This document shows positions 1 through 13,258 of a stretch of DNA of 64,000 bases, piece by piece (position 1 is the first letter of the stretch; the number at the start of each line of letters is the position of its first letter). The notes below the pieces were generated by a model. It was not told the origin of the DNA. It saw only the letters and a program-made list of their open reading frames with translations, and made no database searches. The stretch lies in NCBI GenBank assembly GCA_048013815.1, contig CM106585.1:19220001-19284000 (forward strand), read 5' to 3'. Made by a program: the position numbers and the translations under genes. The stretch comes from Setoptus koraiensis. Its lineage: Eukaryota > Animalia > Arthropoda.

Positions 1-817
1 AGCAAACATCACATTTTTGTAGCATTAGATATATAACATTGATGATTATTTTGCCGTTTTCTTTTGCCAATAATTGAATAACAGTCTACATTGATATGGG
101 TCGTGGTAGCGCCAATCCTGTTGTACTATCGGTTGTGTCTAACGGCGAAAGAATCACCAGAAGATGGAAGATCAAGATCAACATGATCAATTGTAACAAC
201 TTAGATATGGCTCCATCCGGATGTATGCAATACTTCAGAAAGCCATCTGAGGTCATTAAGAGTTTCAATTTCGGTTCTCGCATTGAAGGTAGAGCAAGAT
301 ATTTGTCTAATCTGAGGTATACCTCATGTATTAGAGTTGAAGAGAATTTCTGCGCCATTAAGTGGGAAACTGAGACTCTACAATCGTTCAGCTTTGGTGC
401 CCCATTCGAAGGTAAGCTCTCAGACGCATTTTCAAAAATTCAAATCTAATAGCTTCATATATTTCAACGTTCGACTAACATACCATTTCTCTCTCTTTCT
501 TTTTTCGTTGCCAATTAAGCAGCTGGAAACTTGACTGAACTTGGTGGATCAACCGGTGGCATGTGTAATGCAGATGATTTCATTGGTGTCGACCAGGGTA
601 GCAATGACGGTATTGGGCCAGGCGAAGACAGATTTTGTGGTACTAAACTGTTGGAATCCAATGTAATCATCTCCAGATCGAAACCATTCCAACTAAAGGT
701 CAGATCGAATGCCGATCAGACACAAAATGCCCTCAATAGCCAAGTAGGATTCTCGCTACGATATGTACAACTACCGTGTGTCATCTAGTGATTGAATAGT
801 CTGTGGCATGTAACAAA
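1..817. repeat. Inverted-repeat arm 1 (pairs with 7413-8231)
   Basis: The reverse complement of 7413-8231 matches 1-817, introns included, apart from a few substitutions and a 2-bp indel in a CT run. The match runs to the window edge. Confidence 0.95.
85..788 (+). CDS. Secreted CUB-domain-type protein, copy A; last two exons only (85-411, 523-788), 5' part lies before the window
   Basis: YIDMGRGSANPVVLSVV...CMQYF...LSNLRYTSCIRVEENFCAIKW...CGTKLLE matches the arthropod CUB-like family. GT-AG sites at 412 and 522 keep the frame. Paralogous to copies B, C and D. Confidence 0.85.
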
Positions 818-1661
818 ACCAACCTATTATCCCACAACAGTTTATTTTTGTCAGCGGTATGTCTATATGATCATATAGTTGGAATAAGTCATATCTATGT
901 CCACGCATACGGATAAATTATATTGATTAAAAACTAAAAATCTAGACCAATGTCATGTCATCTAGATGAAAGATGCCAATCACGTTGGTTAGCAACTATT
1001 TATTCCAAACACACTCACAACACCAATGATCGCACATTAACCACCAGAGTATCATCTTAGTCCGTGAGACTATTTATTTATTACTGAGCTCATCATTTTT
1101 CGCCATGATCATTTTATCGTGGGCAAAATAATCAATGGCCTAAATGACAGCAAACAATAACGAGAAGAGAAAGAAAAAAGATAAACTCCACGCAACACAA
1201 TGGACGACTCACTCATTGTAAACAATAAAATTCCTCAACTTCAAGTTGATACAAACAGTCTAAAACTATTCTTTACTTATGTCAATCAATGTTCTTCAAT
1301 GATTTGCTAGTTTCTATCTACATTTATTCGATCTCATGTTATCTTTTCGGAGTTTTGTGCTCTAGACTGTAGTGTTAGTGCTCCTCTTCAACCTAGAATA
1401 GGGGACGCCACTCAAAACGGTCTAAGTACATCTTTGTATGTTCTTTTGTTGGTTAATTGTGTTATTTGTCGGCCCATTGAGTCGATCATGATCAACAACA
1501 CAGCACTCACAGGTGAAACAACTCGTCGAATTGGGCAAACTAAAAAAAGAAGAGCAACAAAGAATTTGCTCTAAATTTTGCTGCCGACCATTGCTCAGCA
1601 GTAATTGCATACAACTAACTGTTTTTTATTTGTTATTGATCACTGATAATGTTGCCTGGTT

Positions 1662-1663
<2 letters not shown>

Positions 1664-1718
<55 letters not shown>
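1664..1718. repeat. (TG)n microsatellite
   Basis: Uninterrupted TG run. Confidence 0.98.
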
Positions 1719-1719
<1 letters not shown>

Positions 1720-2272
1720 GTGGATACCGCGGTACAACCTTATATGTTATACAACAACAACGACAACAGGTAAAATTGATGCGAAAGAAGACTTGTAAAC
1801 TTGTTATGCAACCTCCAGTTACCTGTTGTCGTTGTTTGGCATTGTTGAGCTCGATTTTTCACCGGCCAACCACTCAGATTGGTCTCACCAATTGACTATT
1901 GCAGCGAAGGCAGCAGCAGCAGCCACAGCAAAGATTATTTAGGTGATAGCTGAGCAGATGTTTTATTTGTTGGTCACTATTAATAGTTCAGTCATGCTGT
2001 TTGTATGTGCGTGTGTATGGAAAAAAGAAACAGAATGCATCTCTTGGCTTCGGCTTGACCGTTATTATTATGTCCGTTTTGTTCGTGAGTAAGTGTGCAG
2101 CAGCATAATCAATATACTTGTGCCGAGCCAACCAGACTGAGCTATAAAACAACCTGTTGAGTTTTGTGCCAGATTAACCTTGGTCTTTCCAAGTTTGTTG
2201 TTGTTGTGATCACACACATCTCACGTTGGTTGGTGTCTGAGTTTAGTGGTACTCTCAGCTCTCAGAATTAAA

Positions 2273-2296
2273 TCTCTCTCTCTCTCTCTCTCTCTC
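2273..2296. repeat. (TC)n microsatellite
   Basis: Uninterrupted TC run. Confidence 0.95.
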
Positions 2297-3177
2297 ACTC
2301 GCTCTTTTCCTCTGTTCCATTGGGGCTGACACAAAAAGAGGTGGACACTCTCGAGTCTCTTTTTAATACTTTTTTCTTTCTCTCTTGACACAGGTCTCTA
2401 TGATCAGCGTGTCTGAGCCGCGATGATGCATGGTTTTTCTTCTCGTCGCTCACCTCCATATGCTCTCTGTGTCCCATTATAGTGATGCACAGTCATGGTC
2501 AACGTGATGTAACAATATGGATAGATACAATAAAAACAGTTATTCTGGCCTGCGTTGCCTGTATGTGATGGCTTGTTAGCGAGAAGCTACCTGGAGTAAG
2601 CTCAAGAATTAATGTGTGCGTTATCATGTGGCGCCTACTAAACTTACTCAGTTGCCATGTAATAATAGCCAGTCATGATGATTATTTCCTATGAGTTGGT
2701 TAAAGCTGAGACCAACAGAACCTCAGTTCAATTGCTTCGGGCAAGTCACTAGCGGAGAGACTTTTCTAGTTGTTGTTGTTGTTGCTGCTGCTGCTGCTGT
2801 TGTGAGTCGTATATATATATATATATATACCCACACTTATAAGCTCATATGTGCCTCACTTCGAAGCAGCAATCTGATTTCATTTGACTGACCAAACTCA
2901 TACAAGCTCACATCTATATATACACATACTGTGTCTATAGATACACGAATAGCTCGCCGGCCACATATATATGCGTGTGTGTGAGGATACATCAGTAGTA
3001 ATTTAATAGTTGATAGAGCAAAACAAAATCACTAGTTGCACACTCACACATGAACAAACAACAAGTATAGACTAGACAGCATAGATAATTTACAAGTGTC
3101 GTCTAAATTAATTACACAAATTTGAATTAGATAATAGAGATTACAATAGAAACAGCAGAAATCAGCTCAGCTAGAAA

Positions 3178-4929
3178 ATGTCCCTTTGCACAATATTATT
3201 GGTTGCTATTTTTTGCAACTTTGTTCACATCAACGATGCCCAAGGTTTCTTCGGTCGGCCCAGCATATTTGGCTTGGGCAATGCTGCACAAATGGTCCGA
3301 TTTGCCAACACTGCTTGTCGTGGCGAAAATCAAGAATCTGGAACTTGTTTGACCGGAAATGAGTGCGATCGTCGCAGTGGTCAAAATACTGGAACTTGTG
3401 CAAACGGAGCAGGAGTTTGTTGTGCTTTCAAGGTGAGTTGTTGTGTAGCCTCAACTAGATAGATTCGAATGCCAAGCGCGCTAAAGCGGCCACGAGCATG
3501 TTGGCCAATCGCAATGTTAAACCAATAAACAATGTTCAATTATCCTATCATCGATCGCATATCCAGTTCACTTGTGGTCAAGTGACAAGCCAAAATGAGA
3601 CCATTTTCGTGAACCAGCATTTCCCAGAGCCAGAAAACGGCACCTACACATGCCAGGTGACCATTGAGAAGGCTGCCAATGTTTGTCAACTAAGACTAGG
3701 TGAGTTTTCACAGCGGCCCAACGTTATCCGTTAGAATAGATGGCAACGCCACAGTCTAGACTCTTCTCAACTGTACACCATAATCATATTTTCTCTTACA
3801 TTGTCGTTTGATGCACGACTTTCCAACACATACACACACTCAAACAAAAACGACAAAAGATTTCGACGAATTCAAGCTGGCCCAACCAGACGAGAACGGT
3901 CTGTGTACAACCGATTCGTTTATGGTGAGAACAACCGTCGGAGAAAGATTGCCAATCTTGTGTGGAGAGAACACTGGTCAGCACAGTGAGTATATTCGAG
4001 ATTTTCATCACTCATATGATGGTGACATACGCATCTTGTCTGATTGATGCATTGCCCAAAATTGCGACTAATTGAGAAACTAATTGAAACTTTTTTCGCG
4101 ACAATCCCTTAGTTTACATCGATATGGGCAGAGGAAGCGCCAACCCTGTCGTTTTGTCTGTGGTGTCCAACGGTGACAGAGTTGCTCGCAGATGGAAGAT
4201 TAAGATAAACATGATCCCATGTAACAATATTGATATGGGTAAGATATACAACGGGCACTTTCTTCGGCCAACGAATACGCTTGCAAGCAATTTCTTACTC
4301 ATCCATTTCTTCTCACCCGACCAACTTGTTTAGCACCATCCGGTTGCATGCAGTACCACAGAAGCCCGTCCGATCTCATCAAGAGCTTCAATTATGGGCC
4401 CCGTATTGAGGGTCGCGCTCGTTACCTGTCAAATCTCAGGTATACAACATGTATTCGTGTAGAGGAGAACTTCTGTGCAATCAAATGGGAAACAGGTCTG
4501 CCCAATTCATTCAGTTTTGGTGCCCCGTTCGATGGTGAGTCATATTCTAACGCTGTGGTGTAACGCTAGTAATAATTGTGCCATCTCTTTATCAGACGCC
4601 CCAAGTGATACTCACACTTCCATTTACTATAATTCACAAAAACAAATTACTCTTTGCAAACTCTAGGTAACGTAACCGAGCTTGGCGGCTCCTCGGGAGG
4701 CCTATGCAACTCTGACGATTTCATTGGAATCGATCAGGGCAGCAGCGATGGAGTTGGCCCAGGCGAGGATAGATTTTGTGGAACAAAACTACTAGATTCC
4801 AATACAGTTATATCCAGATCTAAGCCATTCCATCTGAAGGTGCGCTCAAATGCCGATCAAACTCAGAATGCTCTCAATTCGCAAATTGGATTCGCTTTAA
4901 GATATGTCCAATTGCCTTGTGTGATGTAA
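3178..4929 (+). CDS. Secreted CUB-domain-type protein, copy B; 6 exons (3178-3432, 3567-3699, 3860-3985, 4113-4238, 4334-4534, 4667-4929), 367 aa
   Basis: Signal peptide MSLCTILLVAIF, N-terminal Cys module RFANTAC...GTCL..NEC...G.CANG.GVCC.F, then a CUB-like region. All junctions are GT-AG and the summed exons (1104 nt) are in frame. Confidence 0.88.
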
Positions 4930-6727
4930 TATGTAGTCATTGGCTGACAGAGAATGTAATGACGACCAGCACACAATGATGAACATGAGCTAAAATACCA
5001 ACTAGTGCAAGAAAGAAAGAAAGAAAGAGACAGAGAAATAGAGTGAGCTTTTGGTGTACGAAAAAGATTGGCATCGCGCCACACATCATGAGCCGAATGA
5101 CTCGATCTCTCAAACAATGATTTGTATTAATATTTATTCTATTTATAAATTTCAAAATCAAAACTATTTATAAATGTTGAAATGTTTGATCGGGGAAAAG
5201 AGGCACAATTGCACGATAATTAGTAATTAGATAATCAATCTAAAACAATAGAGAGCACGGCGAGCATGAGGAAATACTCTTGCAAGCGGCTCGTATGTTT
5301 ATGTATGTATAAGAAGCAAATAATAATAAATACAACCAGGTAGTTGTTTCAAACATCATCGGGCCACTGGTACTGCAACATTGATCAACAATTCAATTGT
5401 TTCGATTGTTTTTGTGGTCAATCTGTCTCTTCGCACACAATGTTTATCCCTGATCTGAACCTTGTGCATATATCCGCGTATGCCCACAGAAACAATTGGC
5501 AACAACTAGCAATTGAGCCGAGTCAATTAGTTGTTATCGAAATCCGCTGGCCGATGTCTAGCGAGAAGCGGTCATGGTCAGTCGCCTGAAATGATTGATG
5601 AAAGGTTTGTTAGAAATGTGCTGACTGCTTGAATTGGCTCGCAGATAGACACAGGCACCCTAGATAAAAAAATCCTGATGAGATGGTGCAACCTTAGTAC
5701 ATATTCAGCGATAATCAGCGCTTTTATCATCGGCTACTAGTGAGACAAACTACAAATGGAAGCGACGTTGAGCTGGATAGATAACAGGAAAGCGGATTCT
5801 TTCTTCGGAGTGTTTGCGGCTCGACAAGTGTTTGCCGCCAGTAGTATGCTGGGCAAAGAGACGCTTACACATGCATGATAGTTGGCACTGCAATAATAAT
5901 GTCAGTGTGTATATAAATTAAACGAAGCCAGCAAACCCACAATAGGATGCAAAGATAGAGAGATTAAATCTTTGAGCAACGTCTAATGATTGCACACACA
6001 AACTTTTGAGCACAATTACGTAACAACAACAGCAACAACAGGTAAGCGAAAAAAGTTTTATTTAGCTCACGGTTTACCCATTCGCTGCATGTTGTTGAGT
6101 TGATGCGGACCATGACAACGACAACAACAACGACAGCAACCACTACTACTCACCTCACACATTCTGCATCACCATCTTGACCACCCGAGCTGGCCAAAGT
6201 CAGCTTGCTCAAGCGAGCTTGACTCAGCTGGAGATTTCATTTTATTATTTATTTATATATTTGCACTTGTATCGCAAACATATACCGTATACATTCTGCT
6301 ATTCATTCTGTGAACATAAAATCTAACTGATTATCATCAGTCAGGGACAATCTTACCTATACTTTTTTCTATTTGCATTGACCTTCATTTTGCATCCCAC
6401 ATCAAAACTGCAACTGCAACTACAACTACAACTACCACCACTATCCTATTTATCCAGTGTGCACAAGTAATGGTCATGGCTAGCATCATATAATGTATAC
6501 ACACACAATGGAGTTTATAATTGTTGCCGGCCAAAAAGGATGGCCACACAAAGTTGATGTGTTGTGGGCTTTGGCTCAATCCAATTCTATATTTAGCTCT
6601 CTCGAAGAACAAGTCTTGCATAATCTCTTATGTAATTCTATTTATTATTTATATAGTGGGACACACAGACACTCATGTAGCGCTTTAGAGAGAGAGAGAG
6701 GCTGAATTCGCACAAGCGCAAATTTAG

Positions 6728-6728
<1 letters not shown>

Positions 6729-6769
<41 letters not shown>
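6729..6769. repeat. (CT)n microsatellite
   Basis: Uninterrupted CT run. Confidence 0.97.
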
Positions 6770-6772
<3 letters not shown>

Positions 6773-7412
6773 GTCTCTCGGACAGGTAACAACTGTTGAA
6801 GAGATTTGCATAATTTGTTGCCAGTTTTGCAAGTCGCGACGCAGTTGTTAGGCGAGTTGGTGTAGATGCGAATATGCAGACAAACACAGCGTGACATATA
6901 AACAAACGGACTCCGGCCAGTCAAATGAACCGTTATGCAGTTCGTTTGCTCTGGTCACTGCAGCTTGTTGTGGCCAGTTGGCTGGACGCTCAAAAGAAAG
7001 ATAATGGAAATGGAAAAATTGAATGGTTATGGGTGGTGGTCGAGCCAAGAGCACTCCATCATCATCATTAATTGATGTCAATATCATGTGAACTGTTCTT
7101 TTGCATGTGAGTTGCACAATGGCCAATTTATTTCATCTCATTATCAGGTTTTTAGTTTTATTCTTAAGAGTGGTTTGGATAAATAATAAATAATAGCAGT
7201 TTTGTCAATAAATAATTTCCTTCCAATACAATGAATTCGAGACACAATCCAACAAATTGCTGGCTGATTTAGTCTGTCCTCATGCGTCCAGTATTGCACA
7301 CAAACACACGCAGAATTCATCCTATTATTATCCAACTATTTATATATATTTTCATAATTTTCATTATCCAGCTTGCTATATTGGTATTGGTATTGTCGTT
7401 TTTGTTTGTTGA

Positions 7413-8231
7413 TTTGTTACATGCCACAGACTATTCAATCACTAGATGACACACGGTAGTTGTACATATCGTAGCGAGAATCCTACTTGGCTATTGAGGG
7501 CATTTTGTGTCTGATCGGCATTCGATCTGACCTTTAGTTGGAATGGTTTCGATCTGGAGATGATTACATTGGACTCCAACAGTTTAGTACCACAAAATCT
7601 GTCTTCGCCTGGCCCAATACCGTCGTTGCTACCCTGGTCGACACCAATGAAATCATCTGCATTACACATGCCACCGGTTGATCCACCAAGTTCAGTCAAG
7701 TTTCCAGCTGCTTAATTGGCAACGAAAAAAGAAAGAGAGAGAGAAATGGTATGTTAGTCGAACGTTGAAATATGTAAAGCTATTAGATTTGAATTTTTGA
7801 AAATGCTTCTGAGAGCTTACCTTCGAATGGGGCACCAAAGCTGAACGATTGTAGAGTCTCAGTTTCCCATTTAATGGCGCAGAAATTCTCTTCAACTCTA
7901 ATACATGAGGTATACCTCAGATTAGACAAATATCTTGCTCTACCCTCAATGCGAGAACCGAAATTGAAACTCTTAATGACCTCAGATGGCTTTCTGAAGT
8001 ATTGCATACATCCGGATGGAGCCATATCTAAGTTGTTACAATTGATCATGTTGATCTTGATCTTCCATCTTCTGGTGATTCTTTCGCCGTTAGACACAAC
8101 CGATAGTACAACAGGATTGGCGCTACCACGACCCATATCAATGTAGACTGTTATTCAATTATTGGCAAAAGAATACGGCAAAATAATCATCAATGTTATA
8201 TATCTAATGCTACAAAAATGTGATGTTTGCT
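7413..8231. repeat. Inverted-repeat arm 2 (pairs with 1-817)
   Basis: Near-identical reverse complement of 1-817. Confidence 0.95.
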
Positions 8232-9105
8232 TGGTTGAGGTTGAGAAAGAGTGGCATGTCAGATAACTTACTGTGTTGTCCGGCATTGTCTCCACACAAG
8301 ATTGGCAATCTTTCTCCGACGGTTGTTCTCACCATAAACGAATCAGTTGTACACAGACCGTTCTCATCTGGTTGGGCCAGAGTGAATTCCTCGAAATCTG
8401 TTCGTTTGGTGGTGTTGATTTGGTGATTCAAATTCAAATTTAAATTTTGAACATTATTCTATTTGAATTAGTTTATTAAGTTATGTAATGGCGGATATTG
8501 TGTGTCGATGAACTCACCTAGTCTCAATTGGCAGACATTGGTTGCTTTTTCAATGGTCACTTGACAGGTGTCAGTGCCGTTCTCGCCCTTTGGATAGTTT
8601 GGATTGACAAAGACTGTCTCATTTTGGTTTGTGGTACCTCCGCATGTGAACTATAAGTGTGATAGTGATGTTATTAAGTAATGTCATTATTGCATCATCA
8701 TTAATTAGTTTATTCAGTCAAATTGGTGGCAACAATGATTGTTTATTCATCTGTCTAGTTGTTTTGATCGTAGTATTTGTTGTAATTAGTCTAATCTAAT
8801 CACATTATAAGCTCGTGCTGTGTGTTTAGATTGCGGGCCTAAATTAAAGGAAAGGTTTCACTCACCTTGAACGAACAACAAGCTCCGTATCCGTTTGCAC
8901 ACGAACCAATATTGATACCTGCTCTTCTGGTACATTCAGCGTCGGCTAAACATGTTCCTGATTCTTGATTTTCGTTGCTACAGGCGGTATTTTGGAATCT
9001 GATTATGCTAACAATACCGGGTAACGATGGACGGTTATATTGTGCATTTGCGATTGCTACTGAGCAAGCTAATAGTGTAAAAATTATTGTCAATGACTTG
9101 GACAT
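7442..9105 (-). CDS. Secreted CUB-domain-type protein, copy C; 5 exons (9105-8866, 8650-8518, 8397-8272, 8147-7821, 7707-7442), 363 aa
   Basis: Signal peptide MSKSLTIIFTLLACSVAIANA and the same Cys module and CUB-like exons as copy B. GT-AG junctions, 1092 nt in frame. Confidence 0.88.
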
Positions 9106-12100
9106 TTTGGTGTCTAGATATTATATTTTTATAATAATAATACAACTGCTAATTAGTTCTATAGTTAGTTAGAGTTGATGTAACTATTGTGCAATATTGT
9201 TATTGCAGACGAAGAGACAGTGAACTCTTGCCTGGTTGAATTGTTGACTGTGATTGTTCACCTATTCGTCTATTATTATCGTTTATTAGGGCCACTAGTG
9301 ATGATAGAAAAAAAAACTACTAATTTATGCTGTATTCGCTCGGCTTGTGGTCAACTGAGCTACGAATGGTGTCAATATACTTGTGTATCTATTCTCGATC
9401 TCTCAACAATTCTAATTAATTTAATAAATTTTTGTCCAGTTCTGTTATAATGATATAGTGTGGCAACAAAATACACACACACGCACACACACAGACACTA
9501 ACGAGCGCTGACACACAAACAAACTTATGCCTATCAACTTATCGTTTAAACCCAACTTCTAAGGCGAATGGAACCGAGAAGAAGCTGTTTATAGAGAAAA
9601 TTAGTTGCGTAATTTGTGGTGCTAGCTATGCTATGGTCAAGGTGATGGCGGCGGTGGTGGTGGTGGTGGTGGTGGTTGTTGGTTGTTGGTTGTTGTTATA
9701 ACATACTGTGACTAACTTTAGCAGCATGATAAAGTTTCCTGTTGAGTTTGAGTTGCCAATGCAAATACTTGCAACAGCGAAATGTGTATTCATGTGCCGA
9801 GAAACAGAATGCAGAAAAGCTTGTTTCTGGACGTTGCTCGCCAGACCAACGAACAATGATGATGGAAAAAAGGTAGATAAGGTGCAGAGAGACGAATAAG
9901 TTCGTCTAGGCCAACAAAGCCAAAATTACGAGAAGGAGCTAGTTAAATTTAGATTGCAACAGGTAGACTTCGGGTCGAACATGATGTGGCGGAGGTCATT
10001 ATCTCGTCTTATCTCTAAACTTCTTTTGCTTCTTCCTCTACTTTATTTTTTCTCTCCTATTGCGCTGCTTCCTTCGCTTGTTTCTTTTGATTTGTCTGCC
10101 TTGTTGGCTGTGCAGTTGCAAGTACAAACAAGTTGATTGAAACATGAGAGGACATGTTTTAGATTGGAATGATGAAGCAAAATTTCTTCGCTTCTTAGGC
10201 TCTTCGGCCAACGAGAAATAAACCTGTAGGTCGATGAGTGGATGATCAAGTAAGCTAGAAATCGATCTGAAAGTACTGACTGTGCCCAAACCTTTGGCCA
10301 CTCTCAAGTCTGTCCTGTCTCAAGGTTTGCAAACTAGTCTCCATTGATGTTGCAATAATCAACCGGAAGTCTCATTAGTTAACTAGCACCATGTTGCGGC
10401 ACACAGGTAAAATAACAGACAAAATAATGCATCTCCTGCGAATGCAATTGTGTTGGCGTCTATGACCCATTGATTCGATGGCGCCCTCTTTATCACCTTG
10501 CATATCTACCGGAAACTCTCTTAGGGTTTTGCGCCGACACTTTCGTTGTGGCTATCTTTATCTGTCAGTTAGAATCGGGCATCGACTGCCGATTAGATTA
10601 TAATCTTGAGCAGCTGAGATGAGTAAGTTTGTGTGAGTATCGCTCGGGTATCGCGTGAGTTTATTAAAGCCAACATCATCTGAATCTGGCAGATAATCTT
10701 TTCTCTGGTGGAAGATTATCGACGTTTGCGTTGAGTAGCACAAAGTGGTAGGTGCAAAACAATTAATGCAACAATAGAGACATGGGCAACTCATTAAATA
10801 AGACGACTGAAGAATTGCACACAACTCATTGTTCATGGTCACTGGCAACTCTAGTGTCCACTATCACTGATTGATCTCCGTGATGCTTGTTGCGCAACAC
10901 CGCCAGCAGTTGGCTATGCAATTGTTGTTGCTGCAGAGCAACAACAATTGGATCCAAAAGAAAAAACTCGTTCGTGGTTTTTGCTTGCAACTCACAATAA
11001 TGGTACCTGGCTACTATGTAACTATTACCTGTATGCTATTAGTTAGACCACCGATGCAACAAGTGAAAAATTAGTTCCTTTGTTGCTGTGGCAACTTGTT
11101 TATTCTCCCTGTTATACTTACCTACACACATGCATAATAGGCATAGACAGAGCAGGCAATGGGCAATGGTTGGACAGAGATGAGTGAATGAGCCAGTGGT
11201 CAAGTCATTGAATCCATAAAACATAGTTGACCTTCAGTGAAATGAGCCAGCAGGCTAAAAGAGAAGGAAGTATTTGTTGGATGTTGTCTACGGGCATCTC
11301 GTGACTTGAACCATTCTTTCTTCGAGTTCAATGCTAAACTCAGATGCACACACCGACTTTGTATGGTCTGTGTTCTTTGGCCAGGCGCATCATGTGATGA
11401 TTTCTCGTTTTATTATCTTGTCTCTTTAACCCTGCTGGAGTGAGTTAATGCAGTCCAGCTTGGCCAGACTGGATGCTGGCATGCTCTGCTTTGTATCATT
11501 AGTGTGAGACTGTGAGTAAAATTTGCCACGCTTCGAAGAAAAAAGCTCACGATCGTTCGTTGTACTGCTGCTGTTGGTTAGTCCGACAAAAAGTAAAGAA
11601 ACTCCGATGGACGGACACCATCATCATCACCAAGCCAGTCTCCATCCTGTTCTTTCTCTACGCAAGAGGATTACCGGGGCGAATTCTTTTGAGATGACCT
11701 GAGATTTCGCTCTCAACCTTGTTCGCGTTTGCACCCTCACTACTAGACAGACAGACGCACACCATTTCGCAAACTTGCATGCAAAGAAAAACGTTGAAAA
11801 AGAACAACTTGCTAAGATAATTATTGCCAGAGCAACATTCGAAACGTGAGAGGGGAAGGGAAAGTGACAGTGGATAAGTTGAGCTACTGAGATTTTGTGG
11901 GAGAGACTCGAAGGAAGAATCGAACTTTCTCAGTATATAGTATTAACTTTAAACTGTTTCGGGCTCAGCTTGGCATGGGGATACTCAATACGTATAGTCA
12001 TCGAAAATTGTTTGTATACACAATACATTATTTAGGATAGTTTTAGGTTAACGATCAATTTGCAAATATAATTGCGGTCAAAAATTATCGCCAGCGTCAC

Positions 12101-12198
12101 TAGAATCACTAAACCATAGATAGATAGACTTATTTTATTTGATTTTATTGATACTACCACCCTAAAGACACCGAAACAATATCCAAGAAAGAATCAAA

Positions 12199-12680
12199 AT
12201 GTATAAATATATTATCGGCGCGCTTGTTGTAATTAACTTGGCCTCATTTGCACAAGCTCAAGCTTTCTCGGGTAGGCCCACACTACCAGCTCTGTTGGCA
12301 ATAGTAAGATTTCAAAATACTGCATGCCAAGGAGATCAACAGGATTCAGGAACATGTTTAGCAGATTCGGAATGTACACGTAGAGCAGGCCAGAGTATTG
12401 GTCCATGCGCGGGCGGTTACGCAACATGTTGCTCATTCAAGGTAAGTCATTCTGGGACAATTGGTCAGCATACAACAACAGGTTAATTTAACAAATTAAT
12501 TAAATGACTCCGTTGATTAACGCTCCATCCACACATTAATATTGACAATACAATCGCTCACATAGTTCACTTGCGGTGGAACTACAAACCAAAATGAGAC
12601 CACATTTGTCAATCCTAGCTATCCCAAAGGAGAGAACAATACCGATACCTGTCAGGTAACCATTGAGAAGGCACACAACA
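12199..12680 (+). CDS. Secreted CUB-domain-type protein, copy D; exon 12199-12441 and exon 12566 to the gap, truncated by the gap
   Basis: Signal peptide plus RFQNTAC...GTCLADSECTRRAG...CCSFK|FTCGGTTNQNETTFVNPSYP, with the same exon phases as copies B and C. Confidence 0.85.
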
Positions 12681-13180
12681 NNNNNNNNNNNNNNNNNNNN
12701 NNNNNNNNNNNNNNNNNNNNNNNNNNNNNNNNNNNNNNNNNNNNNNNNNNNNNNNNNNNNNNNNNNNNNNNNNNNNNNNNNNNNNNNNNNNNNNNNNNNN
12801 NNNNNNNNNNNNNNNNNNNNNNNNNNNNNNNNNNNNNNNNNNNNNNNNNNNNNNNNNNNNNNNNNNNNNNNNNNNNNNNNNNNNNNNNNNNNNNNNNNNN
12901 NNNNNNNNNNNNNNNNNNNNNNNNNNNNNNNNNNNNNNNNNNNNNNNNNNNNNNNNNNNNNNNNNNNNNNNNNNNNNNNNNNNNNNNNNNNNNNNNNNNN
13001 NNNNNNNNNNNNNNNNNNNNNNNNNNNNNNNNNNNNNNNNNNNNNNNNNNNNNNNNNNNNNNNNNNNNNNNNNNNNNNNNNNNNNNNNNNNNNNNNNNNN
13101 NNNNNNNNNNNNNNNNNNNNNNNNNNNNNNNNNNNNNNNNNNNNNNNNNNNNNNNNNNNNNNNNNNNNNNNNNNNNNNNN
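12681..13180. other. Assembly gap (500 N)
   Basis: Run of N. The adjacency and distance between the CUB cluster and the Tpr array are not established. Confidence 1.
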
Positions 13181-13258
13181 TATAGCATCAGCATCTCTCT
13201 TTACCAAAAAAAAAAAACTTCAAATATTATTCACAGATAACCATTCATTTATGAAAAT

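Noticed and set aside
5675-5700. CTGATGA hammerhead-ribozyme core (also at 59264 and several minus-strand sites)
   Set aside because: No stem II followed by GAAA in the required arrangement.
6186-6232. Hairpin AGTCAGCTTGC-TCAA-GCGAGCTTGACT as a miRNA precursor
   Set aside because: Too short for a pre-miRNA, and no known mature sequence was recognised.
1000-12100. Recurrent CAGGTA / AACCTGTT motifs around the CUB genes (Zelda, Zfh1 or Grainyhead-like)
   Set aside because: About ten hexamer hits over ~9 kb on both strands is not clearly above chance without a background model.
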